From positions 65,720,001 through 65,784,000 of the forward strand of contig NC_043009.1 of the NCBI RefSeq assembly GCF_006345805.1: 64,000 nucleotides of DNA. Reading direction: 5' to 3'. Below the pieces are notes generated by a model. It saw only the letters and a program-made list of their open reading frames with translations, searched no databases and had not been told where the DNA came from. Positions 38,651-52,107 of the stretch are shown piece after piece. How positions within the stretch are numbered: the first letter of the stretch is position 1; every line of letters starts with the position of its first letter. A program made the position numbers and the translations under genes. Source of the DNA: Octopus sinensis. Its lineage: Eukaryota.

Positions 38651-39241
38651 CAAACGAATATATATGTGTGTGTGTGTTTAGAAATTAAAGGAGAGAAAAG
38701 TGAATCACGTAGTAGTTTCCTCGAACGTCATATTTCCCGTAACGTGAAACACACAGCAATGACAGGGTTAATGTTTAACTTCCAGTAGACTAATATGCCT
38801 TTGTGCGTGTGTTAGCAGGTAACATGAAAGATTCACTGTGTAAGAGAATGTTAAGGCTGACAGGAGACAGTCAGACAGTTAGATATAGAAGAAAGCATCG
38901 GGGTGAGACCTGTGTGAGCGTGTGTACACACAAACACACATATATATACATATATACATATGTATAATTGATGTACGTGTATCTATATATGTAAAGATGT
39001 ACATATATATTTACTTACATATATATAGAGAGAGAGATAGATAGATATGTGCGTATATAAATATATTTGTGTGTGTGTGCGTATATATATATATGTGTGT
39101 GTGTGCGCGTATATATATATTTGTGTGTGTGTGCGTATATATATATGTGTGTGTGTGCGCATATATATATATGTGTGTGTGTTTGTGTATATATATATAT
39201 GTGTGTGTGTGTGTGTATGTGCGTATTTATTCATATATATA

Positions 39242-39277
<36 letters not shown>

Positions 39278-39396
39278 TGTATGAGTGTATATATAAAAGT
39301 GTTTTTTTTTTTCATTTTCTAAATATAACACCGGAATAGAAGTAAGATTTAAATGGTGTTTGGATTACAGCCAGGGAGAGAAAGGGGGAGAGGGGG

Positions 39397-39439
<43 letters not shown>

Positions 39440-40989
39440 TGAGTGAGAGAGAGAAATAACACGGATAAAATGAACCAGTGAGTAGGAAATGAATAAATAA
39501 AACGAACTCTGGTTTCAATGTCCCACCTTGTGTTTCGTTTCAATATGAGAGACTTAAATACAGAGAGAAATAATGAAGAAGATTTGTGTCACATGAAATA
39601 TTTAGTATGGGAAACTGGTGCAACCAAACAACCGCCAACCCAAACCGGCCGACCAACCAGGAAATGCTGCATCTAACGAGGATGTAAAGAGAGAAGCGAA
39701 CAGGAGGAAGTAACTCAAAGGGTTACTTCCGTAATGTCTCGTTGCGTTCGGATTTTTTCCCCTTCTTTTCTTGTTAGTCTCTCTTCCACGATCTCTCTCC
39801 TTCTCTCTCTCTCGCTCTCTCATTCTTTTCTTTCTCATTTTGCTTAGCAATTTGTAGCAATGGACAACATTGCTTTGCAATATATAGACGTGTATATGTA
39901 TGTATGTATGTATGTATGCATATGTGTATGTGTGTTTGTGTAAGCCGGTGCATGTCTGGTGTATGCAGTCCGATGGCGCAACACACACACACACACATAT
40001 ACATTCATACAAACTTAAGTACACACAATAGTCATACGAGTGTGAGTGCGCGTGTGTGTGAGTTTATGTGTGTATGTATGTGCATCTCTGTGTGTGTATG
40101 TGGTTTGTATACATAATACAAATATGTATGGTTTGAAAGACAGATGCACAAATAGTTAAATTCATATAATTTTTTTTATATATATAAGGGCATAGTGTAC
40201 ACATACACACACGCACACACATTTATATATATATTATATATATATATATATACTTTAGGTTTTTTTTTACAGGAAACGTCTTTGAGTGCGCGCATAAAAG
40301 CTCCTGTTTCATTGTGTCGGCTACGGCCTAATGATTCCAGCTTGGAAACGAGGTTTCATGGGACCGTACCGAGCTGTGCCGATATAACGTAGGATAAATA
40401 TAGTAGTTATGATAATAATTATAATCCGAAGATGGGATTTATAAATATTCTAATGTATCGCTACGCACGTTTCCACAAATCTCGTGTTTTTTGCGACCAT
40501 AATCCACATTCCTGGGATTATTACAATACACTTTGTAATATCAGGCGATATGGCCATATCGTCTGAAGTAATGAACGCATGAACAAAGACCCACCTGATG
40601 TCTATGATCATTAAATATATATATATTATTTATGCTCTATTCTGGCTTAATTCCGAAACGCGCGTCTGTAGGCAACTTAATATAGAATGATTTTCGTCAT
40701 ATTTTCCCTTCTACCTGCGTGGTTTGCTTTTGAGTGCTTTGGTTTCTCTGGGATCTCCCTTTAAAGTAGAAAGAATAGCCAAGATTTTGACTGCTATTTC
40801 TAAACTTCAGTATGTGGTGAGGCAAATTGTTGCTGAACCCTAATTATTTAGTATTACTTAACTTACCATGAATTGGTTTTTTACATGCTGAATTCTACTT
40901 GGTGAAATTACTGATTACTTCGTAATTAATTAATTTCACCCTTTGTTATTATTGATAATATATATATATATATATCTATATATATATAT

Positions 40990-41151
40990 AGGTGCAGGCG
41001 TGGCTGTTTGGTAAGAAGCTTGCTTCCAACAACATGGTTCCGGGTTCAGTCCTACTGCGTGGCACCTTGGGCGAGTGTCTTCTAGTATAGCCTCCGGTTG
41101 ACCAAAGCCTTGTAGGCAGACTTGGTAGACAGAAACTGAAAGAAGCCCGTC

Positions 41152-41189
<38 letters not shown>

Positions 41190-41362
41190 TATTGTTTGTG
41201 TATCTGTGTTTGTTCCATTGTTCCCACTACTGTCGCTCTAAAACCGACGCTGATGTGTTTACGTCCCTGTAACTGATTGGTTTAGCAAAGAGACCGATAG
41301 AATAAGTAGGAGGGATCAATTTGTTCGACTAAATACGGTGCTCCAGCATGCCCGCAGTCATT
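40990..41362 (+). mobile_element. SINE family A
   Basis: Head, internal (TA)n and tail CGGTGCTCCAGCATGCCCGCAGTCA. Confidence 0.85.
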
Positions 41363-41429
41363 TATTCATTTGTTTATATATAAGCTTAAATATATGTTGT
41401 GTGTGTACACGTATATCTTTATATTCATT

Positions 41430-41462
<33 letters not shown>

Positions 41463-42078
41463 TACACATACGTCTGGGTGTGTCTGTATATATATACCTG
41501 TGTATGTGTGTGCGTATCTTTGCATGCATGTATGAATGCAGTGGTTGCATCTATGAATATATATGTCAGTTTATATAGCGACTATTTTGCAAATACAATA
41601 AGAATGAACAATTTGTGCAATATTTATTAAATTGCTCGATGGATTTCAATAGACTATTGGAAAATACATCGAATCTAGAGTTGTATTTTGTACTAAATGA
41701 CACACGAGCAGAATTCAAAGAAACCACGTCACGTATGCGTATGCCCTGTTACACATATTTCCGCATTCAGAAAACAGAAGACACACACACACATATACAC
41801 ATACACATTGTTTGTATAATTGTGTGTATGCACGTGCGTGTACGTGTGCTTGTAAGATTTACTGTATATATCTGTCTTTCTGTGTATGTTTGCATACATA
41901 TATATATGTGTGTGTGTGTGTATGTATATATATATACTTGGAAAAGAATACACACATATATATATATATATACATGCATACATGCAACATTGACATATAT
42001 ATATACACACATATATAATTATATATATATATTCTATATATATTTATATATTATATATATATCAATATAATCTTATTT

Positions 42079-42255
42079 GGAGCAGTGAATCTCGAAGCAC
42101 GCATAGCTATATACCTTGTAAACATTGTGCAAAATAAAAATGGACTTTTGGAAGAAAAGTGGAATGCAAATCATAAGAGCCCCTTACACCTTTTTTTGAA
42201 CCAATATTTACAACCTATTATTTATTACTTTCTGTGCTTCGAGATTCACTGTTCC
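42079..42255. mobile_element. Small MITE with 22-bp TIRs
   Basis: GGAGCAGTGAATCTCGAAGCAC (42079-42100) and GTGCTTCGAGATTCACTGTTCC (42234-42255), one mismatch. Confidence 0.7.
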
Positions 42256-42589
42256 CCCAAAAGTTTATTTTATATTCTCTCAAAAGTTTCTAAGTTTTTG
42301 TGACGTCAACAATATATATGCATTTTTTATAGACTTATGAACATACACTCTGACAAGTAGACATACGCACGCACACACACAGGTCGACTTTGCCTTTCAT
42401 CCTTTCGGCTGGGTAAACTAAGTACCAGTTGCAATACTGGGTCGATCTAATCGACTGGCTCTCTCCCCCTAAATTTCAGGCCTTGTGCCTTGATTAGAAA
42501 AGAAGACTTTGCTTTTTATGTCTTCGAGGTCAATAAAATAAACACCTGTCGAGGACTCGGGTGTATGTTATCAACTCCCCTCCCCCATA

Positions 42590-42920
42590 TACAGCGCATG
42601 ACCTTGCAAGTGGGGCTCAGTTAGAATTTTCTTCTGGTGGAGTAGCCCATCCCGCTCAAAAGGTCCCTTGTTTAAGAATGTTGAACGAAGCACCCACTTT
42701 TCTAGAGGTGAATTATCCAAAACTCAAACAATTCTTCTCGACACATGGCTATGATACTCCCCACTACTTCTGCTCGAGATCAGATATGCGCATATCGTCA
42801 GTTACCAAGGAACATGCCCAACTGTTTAAGGTCAAACAACTGACAAGAAAATCTGTGGTATTGAGCAGAATATTTGCTGTAGCCCATCTTTTCGCCAGCA
42901 ACTGGCACTGCATCAGGGCT
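42590..42920 (-). mobile_element. Second copy of the (TAA)-bounded retroposon seen at 3750-4305
   Basis: Shared blocks with an ~80-bp internal deletion; abuts a long (TTA)n tract. Confidence 0.7.
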
Positions 42921-42937
42921 TATTATTATCATTATTG

Positions 42938-42996
<59 letters not shown>

Positions 42997-43007
42997 CATT
43001 ATTGTTA

Positions 43008-43054
<47 letters not shown>

Positions 43055-43060
43055 CATCAT

Positions 43061-43285
43061 GGCGGTGAGCTGGCAGAATCGTTAGCGCGCCGGATGAAAT
43101 GCTTAGCGGTATTTCACCCGTCGATACGATCTGAGTTCAAATTCCATCGACGTCGATTTTACCTTTCATCCTTTTGAGATCGATAAAATAAGTACCAGTT
43201 GAACACTTGGGTCGATATAATCGACTCGTCCCCTTTCCCAAAATTGCTTCCCTTGTGACAAAAGTTGAAACCATTATTATTATTA
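43061..43285 (+). mobile_element. SINE family B
   Basis: GGCGGTGAGCTGGCAGAATCGTTAGC...TAAGTACCAGTTG. Confidence 0.85.
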
Positions 43286-43309
43286 GTAGTAGTAGTAGTA
43301 GTAGTAGTA

Positions 43310-43569
43310 TTATTCAGTAGTTCTATTTTTAACACGTGCTTTCAGTGCACTACCGAGCGCAGCTCTGTGTGCCTTGGACATGTGCTGTGGTCTGTTGTGG
43401 TGCTCTTATTTTTACTGTATTGAAAGTGTTTTAAGTAGGATGTGTGCAGTGCCTAGTAGTGCTATTTTCTGAATGTTTATATTTTGTATGTATATATATA
43501 TATACTTGGAAAAGGATACACACAACATATATATATTACATACAAACATTGACACATATAGTATACATA

Positions 43570-43617
<48 letters not shown>

Positions 43618-43648
43618 ATATTATATATATATACATACATACTATAAT

Positions 43649-43681
<33 letters not shown>

Positions 43682-43880
43682 ATTCTTATTTGGAGCAGTG
43701 AATCTCGAAGCACGCATAGCTATATAACTTGTAAACATTGTGCAAAATAGTCCTGGTGTTTTTATGTATTTGACTGAGTATTTTTTTTATCATACCTAAT
43801 GCGCCTACTATGTTAGGAATTGTTTCTGTTTTTAGACTCCACATTCGAGTTACCTCTATTTTCAGATCTTTGTATTTTCA
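43310..43880 (-). mobile_element. Dong/R4 3' fragment interrupted by a local duplication
   Basis: Matches 62905-63210 (CACTACCGAGCGCAGCTCTGTGTGCCTTGG; GTGTGCAGTGCCTAGTAGTGC; GTCCTGGTGTTTT), split at 43487-43749. Confidence 0.85.
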
Positions 43881-44151
43881 TCGTTTCGGGGTCGATAAAT
43901 CGGTACCAGTGAAACACTGGGGTCGAGTAAATAACTATCCCTTCCTTCCCCAAATTTCAGGCTTTATGCGTATAGTAGCAAATATTATTATTATTACTTA
44001 AAACAGTTTGATTTGACCATGTAACTTAGTTTTGTAATATGTATGAGTATTAAGAGAGAGAGGTGAGGGGTCAGGTAGATAGATAGATAGATGTTCGAAG
44101 AGAGGAAAGGAAGGAAAAGCTCCATGCACGTTTGCAAAAGGCTTATGTCTA

Positions 44152-44188
<37 letters not shown>

Positions 44189-44189
44189 G

Positions 44190-44229
<40 letters not shown>

Positions 44230-44261
44230 AAAGGGTGTATGAGTGTGTGTGTATGTGTGTG

Positions 44262-44313
<52 letters not shown>

Positions 44314-45623
44314 ATAGTCGCTCCTATCGATTTGGACGTATGTTTGAAAAAGGGGGATTTGAAGAAAGTGGGAAGTGTCTGTTAATGAATTAAGTGAGAG
44401 AGAGAAAGGAAGATGAATAGGAAGGAAGGAGGGGAGAAAGAGAGGAAAGAAGGAAAGGAGAAAGAGAGGAAAGAAGGAAGGAGAAAAGAGAGAAAGGGAG
44501 GGAGGGAGAGAGAAAGAAAGAGAGCGGGAGAAAGGGAGGAAGGGAGAGAGGTGGTGGGAGAGATCGTTGATCATAAAGCATGGACTAAACGGCCAAATAA
44601 CAGCAATAAAGTGAATTGAAATTTGAGCGAGTCAAGATCTGTGAAACTGTAGACACCAATCTCTCTCTCTCTGGTGGTGGCCGGCCGTCTAGTGCAACAT
44701 TAAAAACTGGATTACGCCAGACATTAAAATAGCGAACAAAACCCATTCTGTCGCCATTGCTACTTGTCAAGAGTTCGATCCTTCAAAGACATCGTATCTG
44801 TCAAACGATGATCTTGTCGAAATCGTGATCGATGATCAACCGTTCCGGATCAGAAAATTTAATGTGGATCAGAATACATCTCTTCAGTTGACGGCGAATA
44901 ACAAACAACCCGTATTTATTGCTGGTGTTATTGTTGTTGTTGTTATTGATGAAGATGATATTGCAGGTAATTGAGATGTGCTCTTGGTGTTGGTGTTACA
45001 GTTGCTGTTTCAATAAGTTTATCATTGCACATTGATATTACACACACCGTCGTCGTCGTCGGCTGTCCGGTTTAGGTCCACGTTGACTGTTTTATTCAGA
45101 AACCATCTCCAACACAAATCGTCTGCAAAGATCGATGACGTCTGCTGCAGGTGAGGCTACTTGACGCAAAGCAGAAGCGACACCTTTCAGGTGCTCTTTC
45201 CTATTCTCTCTGTTGTTTCTCTTCAATGGCTGGAATTATGAACTTCAGCAACCAGTGCCATTCATCACGCCGTAGGGCCTTGGCATTTTCCCAGACACTA
45301 CACACATATTCACAAACACAAACACTCACATGCACACACACACACATATATTATTATAACTTTTAGGGAATATTATTTCCGAATACACAGGAAAAAACAT
45401 TCAAATCAGATGTACTAAAATGAACATCTCTCCATGTTTAATTCGATTATATAAAAGTAGTTTTAGAGACAGAACCACCTTCCACTCAAACAACTCTGAA
45501 GACTTATATACCGACCACTCCATTATATATATATATATTATATATATTATATTACATATTATATATATATATATCTATATATACCATTGCAGCGTGGTGT
45601 ATACACACGCAAATATGTATACC

Positions 45624-45902
45624 ATTGCAGCATGGAAGATGTTTATAAACCATTTAGAAACAGAGAAAAACTGTTAGATTCACTTCAAAATTTAAATCTA
45701 ATTTGCCAAAATATTTTCGTCGCTTTGAAACCGCGACCTTTCCATTGAGAAAATTTCGTGCTGCATCTCAAATTTTGTCAGTGAGCAGGTCGCGGTTTCA
45801 AATCAACGAAAATATTTTGAGAAATTAAATTTAAATGTTGAAGTGAATCTAACAGTTTTTCTGTGGTTTTTAATGGCTTATAATCACCTTCCACGCTGCA
45901 AT
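45624..45902. mobile_element. ~280-bp near-perfect palindrome (foldback MITE)
   Basis: Arms ATTGCAGC.TGGAAG...AAAAACTGTTAGATTCACTTCAA...TTTGAAACCGCGACCT are mirrored across a centre near 45765. Confidence 0.85.
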
Positions 45903-45903
45903 A

Positions 45904-45935
<32 letters not shown>

Positions 45936-45966
45936 CTATATATTATATATTTTATATCTATCTATC

Positions 45967-46008
<42 letters not shown>

Positions 46009-46513
46009 TATATATATCTATATATATATATATATTATATATATATACACGCATATATGGGTCACCACCTATAACATGAAATACGAAAACAAACGAGTTA
46101 ACTAAGCAAAAACAATAGAGACAAAAATGGAAAGCAGGACAAGTAACTACAGAGAACGACCCTTCATCAGTTGTCGGCTGTCTGTCTGCTTCTCATTTCG
46201 AGCATTCACTGGTATTTAGTACTTTAGCTCCGTTATTCCGTTCAAGAATATATAAATGCGTGTGAGTGTGTGTGTGCGTGCGCGCTTGTGTATTTGGTTG
46301 TGCGTATATAAATGTGTATCTGTTTCAAGTAGGGGGCGCTCTTTACTCCCTATCTGATAAAATGACGTAGAATGATTCAGTATAAAGGTAGATAATCAAT
46401 ACCTGTCACAGCGCCCCCTCGTTTACTTTGAGTACAAGATGAATATTTTCTATTGTTTCTATATATGGGACTATGTGTCTACGTTTATGCGTGTATATGT
46501 CTTACTATTGATT

Positions 46514-46551
<38 letters not shown>

Positions 46552-47078
46552 TGCCTGCATGTCTGCGAGTGTGTGTGTGTGCCTTTCGTTGTTTTCGATG
46601 TTGCTGTTGTTGATGTTACTGGGATGGCTGTCGTTTTTGTTGTTGTTGTTGTTGCTGCTGCTTTTACAAACGAAATTATTTATAATGCTCGAAATATGCA
46701 AGGACACACTGATACACACAATGACATGCACACACGTATACATACACGCACACTCACTCCCTCACACGCGCGCGCTCGCAGAAGCACACATACACGTATG
46801 CACGCACACGCATACACACGTTGCTTACATACACACGTTGCTTACATTTAACCAGATAAGCTAGTCTACAAATTTATAACAAAAAAATACAAAAATATAT
46901 CCCACCATCACCATCATCATCATAATTATCACTGCCCTCGACTTCCCCATCTTCGCCATTACCCCCGCCACCAACGTCATTAGCGTCACAATCGTTCTCC
47001 TCCTCCTTATCACCACCACCACCATCATCATCATAATCATCATCATGGTCATCATCATCTGACACTGGCGCGGTGTAT

Positions 47079-47476
47079 AGGTGAGGCGTGGCTGTGTGGT
47101 AGGCTTCCCATTCCCAACCTCATGATTCCAGGTTCAGTCCCACAGCCTGGTACCTTTGGCAAGTGTCCTTCACAGTGGCCTCGAGTTGACCAAAGCCCTA
47201 TGAGTGGATTTGGTAGACGGAAACTGAAAGAAGCCCGTCGCATAAATATATGTTTTGTATATGGCTTTGTGTCTGTGTTTCTTGGCCGTTACCGCTTGAC
47301 AACCGGTGTTGGTGTGATCGCATCCCCGTAACTTAGCAGTTCGGTGGAGAAGACCGATAAAATAAGTACCAGGCTTAAAAACAAAATAAGTACTGTGGTC
47401 GATTCGTTTGACTAAAATTCTCCAAAGAGGTGCTCCAGCATGGCCGCAATCCAATGACTGACACAAGTAAAAGATA
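47079..47476 (+). mobile_element. SINE family A
   Basis: Head GGCGTGGCTGTGTGG, body, and tail GGTGCTCCAGCATGGCCGCAATCCAATGACTGA. Confidence 0.85.
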
Positions 47477-47993
47477 AACGAGGAACGATATACGATTACA
47501 TCATCGTTGGCACCCCGGTTGCTCTCTTCCGCCAGAAGTGGAGAGGCCCGACGACACGATCGCTCATCTTGCTAGAAATAACAGCGAAATCATCTAAATA
47601 ACATTCTCTGCTGCCCTAAAACAAACCCCACCATCGTCTCCACTTGCCCCCAAAGCAGTTTCATCATCGTCACAAATACCATCATGATTACACTGTCAAT
47701 AATATCCCTAGGGACATTCGCTCTCATATTTATGCATGTATCGTTGTTATTATGTTAAACTGCCGTATGTCCAAATTTGGCCAAATGCGTTTTGTTTTCA
47801 ATATTTATTTTTGCTTGCCGGTTCTTTTGGTCAAACTATCATATCTCCAGCTGCTTCAGGTGCCAAGATATCAAAGATGGCCAAAGTATAATACAACGGT
47901 CTTGCTATGGTATGGTGAAACTATTTTTCCGTTTTCTGGGAAAAAAAAGCAACGTTTCGGACTTAGACACTTTTGCATAATAGCAACAGTATG

Positions 47994-48047
<54 letters not shown>

Positions 48048-48049
48048 CA

Positions 48050-48081
<32 letters not shown>

Positions 48082-48479
48082 CACACATACATATAGGTAA
48101 GTAGACAGACTGACTGACAGATAGATAGATAGATAGATTAAAGCAGAAAACAAAATGTATGCAGTTTGGCAAGAACTGAAGCGGACATTTAGTTTAGCTA
48201 TATAATAAAAGGTTTAGATAAACCTTTGACAGCTGTTCTCTAGAATATTCCAGCCATTGGAAAACTGTCGAGCGAGGATTCCATAGGCTGGGTATTTCAT
48301 CATCAGAAATGGATAGGTTACAAATATGTAACAGTGGAAAATACAACTGTAACAATGGATATATAGTGAATATAAACCTTGTCAAGTCTTGCCGAACTAT
48401 TTGCCTTTTCTTTTCTGCTTTAATTTATACCTACCCGCTCAGAGAGAAGCCACTTCTAGCCGCTTTAGAAAGGCAGTCG

Positions 48480-48800
48480 CAAAATCACATCTTCAGCTGC
48501 AATTCAAACCGGAATTTTAATTTTGTGCAACCTCGCTTCTGAATTCTGGTACTTAAGCAGTTAGTATCGCATCTCCGTGTTTCAATAGGTTTAATTAGTA
48601 ATCTAAACCTATAATCCGGATAAAGGAGCTTACAGATTTCTCATCAGTTTTGACCTTGAGGTTTTCTCTGCCACCTTATCTTTGCATCTGCTGGGCAACT
48701 AATTTCTATTACAGCTTTGTTATACATGTTTTAAATTAAAATATTGACAGGGACATTCCCTTAGTATCTAATCAGGAGTGATTATGCCCTTCACTCCATA
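48480..48800 (-). mobile_element. Old Dong/R4 endonuclease fragment
   Basis: Frameshifted IEISCPAD...KLMRNL*LLYPDYRF. Confidence 0.5.
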
Positions 48801-49384
48801 TAGCTTTTTACACTTGTGGCCTCGGGATCGCCCGCACAACGGATCTCGCTGTGTGATGTTCAAATCATATGAATGTATGCGTTTTTGCGTTAGTTTGTGT
48901 ACGTGTGTATGTTGTATGTTGCGTGTGGGTGCGTGTGCGTGCGTACTCTGATGACAAGAGGTTGGTTGGTTAGCCTGTAGTCTTTACACATATTGTTTTC
49001 TATTGTATTAATACTATTGTCAAACAATTACTTCATTAAATACGACTGAATAGAATCTCACCAAATTGTATGATGCCATATTCCATTGTCTATGGCGTGT
49101 TTGTGTTGTTTGGTAGCCGGGTCTTCAAACTTTTCCGAATGTTTATACCTGCAAATACTATGATTCATATTCACACATATGCACACACGCATTCCTGTTG
49201 CGTAGATATAATTTTCTGTTATACTTGTTTGACGTGCATCTATGTATATCTTTATGTGTGTAAGCATATGTCTGTGTGCACATGTGTGTATATATATGTA
49301 TGTGTGCATATGTGAGTATTTATATATTAATGTATGTTTTATATATATATATATATATAGATATATATATATATATATAGGACT

Positions 49385-49626
49385 CTCTCGTCGTTACCGA
49401 ACAGCCACACAGATGATTTGTGTAGACATAAGCTCACTTCCTCCATCAGATTGACATTACCTGTACAGGTGCAACTGGGTGCCACATGTCAGGTGTCGAA
49501 GTGATCGCAGAGCAACGTGAAATGAAGTAATTTACTCAAGAGCACAACACAATGCCTAGTCTGGAAATCGAATCAATAATCTCGCAATCGTGGTGCAACA
49601 CGCTAACCACTAAACCATCCGCCTTC
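49385..49626 (-). mobile_element. tRNA-derived SINE (family D-like); related copies at 53470-53710 (+) and 61780-61860 (+)
   Basis: Minus-strand head GGTTTAGTGGTTAGCGTGTTGC...GATTCGATTTCC; ACCTGTACAGGT block shared with 53627-53638. Confidence 0.65.
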
Positions 49627-49668
49627 ACACACACACACACACACACCACACACACACACCACACACAC

Positions 49669-49699
<31 letters not shown>

Positions 49700-51295
49700 T
49701 ATATAATATATCTATATATATATATATATATATATACATACTTTATTGTGATGTAACATGATATACCCAGGTATGCTGTGTGTACAGCATCAATCCGATC
49801 ATGCTACATTACGCAAACCTCGACTCGCCAGGCTTGCCAAATGAACGTGCAAGAAGTGACTTGTCGGTTGATAAACGGATCATCAGCAAGTGAAATTTCT
49901 AATCAGAGTAACCAACATTTAAGAAATGTAAAGGGATTGAAATTATAACCTGTTAATGATCGTGATGGGTAACAGAATGATGCTCTAAACTAAAGAATAG
50001 TTAAAAGGCATTTCTATTTGAAAGATGTCATCAAACTTAGCAGCCTCGCTCATAAAGGCTAATACTGGCAAAACTTGCAGAAAGCAGGCGCCAAGTTTGG
50101 CATTTGACCCTATCGAAACATATTTTTGTTAAAAAAAACATTGCTGTGTTATATTGTTTCGTAGATTGAGGAGTAACATGGTTGATAAATTCCAGCGTTA
50201 CTCAATCATTTACTTAATTATCTTCATCAAAGTGTTCCGATTAATTATTGCAGAACCCATAGAAAACTAGCTTAATGAAGCGAGATCAAGTTAATTACGA
50301 TTCAGAGAATATGATTTAAGGAAGAGAAGGAGGGGAATGGAAAGTAAAAGAAAAGGAAAATGACTAATATATATAATTATAACCTATAAATAAATAGAAA
50401 CAGATAAAACAAATAGAGAAATGTTCACCACATCGACAGGAAGACAATGACATAAACAAATAACGGTGTACACTAGGCTAATGAAAATAGTTTTGGCAAT
50501 AATCAGTGTCAACATAAAGATATGAATTAGTTAAATATTTCAAATTTGATTTCAAATTGTGACACAAGGCCAATGTTTAGAGGAATCAGTTATTTAGCTA
50601 AAATGAAGTTACGATTTGGAAGGCTAGAAATAGAGAAGGAAAGTCAGAAATGTCCAATAAAATAACCGAAATTAACATGAATCAATATTTTCACAGAATA
50701 TTTGAGAAAAATCAAATTCGTTAAAATCATGTAGGTTCATTTGATGAGTTAGATCACAAGTGTAATAATTCAAAATTATGGGGAGTATTAAGATTGTTAC
50801 AAGAATTTGTGAGAATTATAAAGAACTATAAAGGCCTTGGGAATTAATGAATATTAAAAGAATTTATCGGATTAAAACAAATTATAGAAAATTATAAGGA
50901 AGGGTGAAGCAAATATTATAAAGGTAAAAGGGAAGAAAATAGAAAAAAAATTGAATGAAATTATTAGATCAAATTAGTCATCGGTATCTGTCGATGGTTA
51001 GATTAAGGGTAGACACAGACACACACGGACGGGTGGACAGTAAAACAGAGAGACAGACAGATTAATAGGTAAATAAAATTAAATACATACTATATGGGTG
51101 TGTTTGTAAATATACAGGCACCTTGAATTTTTGCTGACAGACTCTTCCCATCCAAATCATTGTTATGATACTGTAGAAAATATTTTCCAAAGGTAAGATA
51201 ATTTACCTGTTCAAATGAAATTAAAATGCAATTGTTAACTCGGACAATTGCTTGAATTAAAAGTATTTTCTCCTAAATAGTAACTTATTATTTAA

Positions 51296-51511
51296 CCCTT
51301 TCGTTTTTAAGCAAGCCATGACTATCCCAAATATTCTACCGGTTTTACGTTCGAAAGGCTGCGTCTGACCTTTTACACTTACCTTACAATGTCATTCTAA
51401 GAATAAACAATCACATCATCGAAATCTCGAGGCTGCTAGAAATGCGTTTAATTCAAAACAATGTGGATAAATGAGCGCTATATTGGAGAGAGTAACCTGG
51501 ATTCTACAGGA
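51296..51511. mobile_element. TTAA-flanked piggyBac-type MITE, degraded
   Basis: TTAA|CCCTTTC at the left end and CTACAGGA|TTAA at the right end. Confidence 0.55.
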
Positions 51512-52061
51512 TTAAGAAACTGTTATCAAAATATCTGATGATTAGCCATATTACACATAGGAAACCTTATTCCTACCGTAATCTCTCGTCTGATTGGTAA
51601 GGGAGATAATCGTTTTAGTAGAATCCTTATTAGAAACAATTATTTCGTTAGCGAAAGGAATAAAAATAATTTCTGATGCAGTTAGTTGATGAAATTCTGT
51701 TTTCCTTAAATTTTTTGTTTTTAGTTGTAGAATCCTTCACATTTGCAGAAAGCTGTTATATCAATCTCAGTTTTTTTTATTTCACTATTTATTCAGTCAT
51801 TCTTTCAACAACTTGTCCAGCAGCTGACAGCCAGAGTTGATACGAGTATTAGAGTTTCACTGCTTCGCTGTTCTGTATTCAAACTATGCTCTGATTGGAG
51901 AATTAAGAAAGCGAACTATTATTTTTGATTTAACACACGGCCATCACACACGTACAAATGCACACACAAATATATACACATAAATGAACCACGCATACAC
52001 ACACACACACACTCTCTCTCTCTCTCTTTCTCTCACTCTCACACACAAGCACACACACACA

Positions 52062-52107
<46 letters not shown>

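Noticed and set aside
40326-40350. CTAATGATTCCAGCTTGGAAAC as a hammerhead
   Set aside because: The core is mutated and stem II cannot form adjacent to GAAA.
50200-51000. Purine-rich AT island with partial frames (also 34660-35200 and 52540-53050)
   Set aside because: No motif could be assigned; probably very old TE debris.
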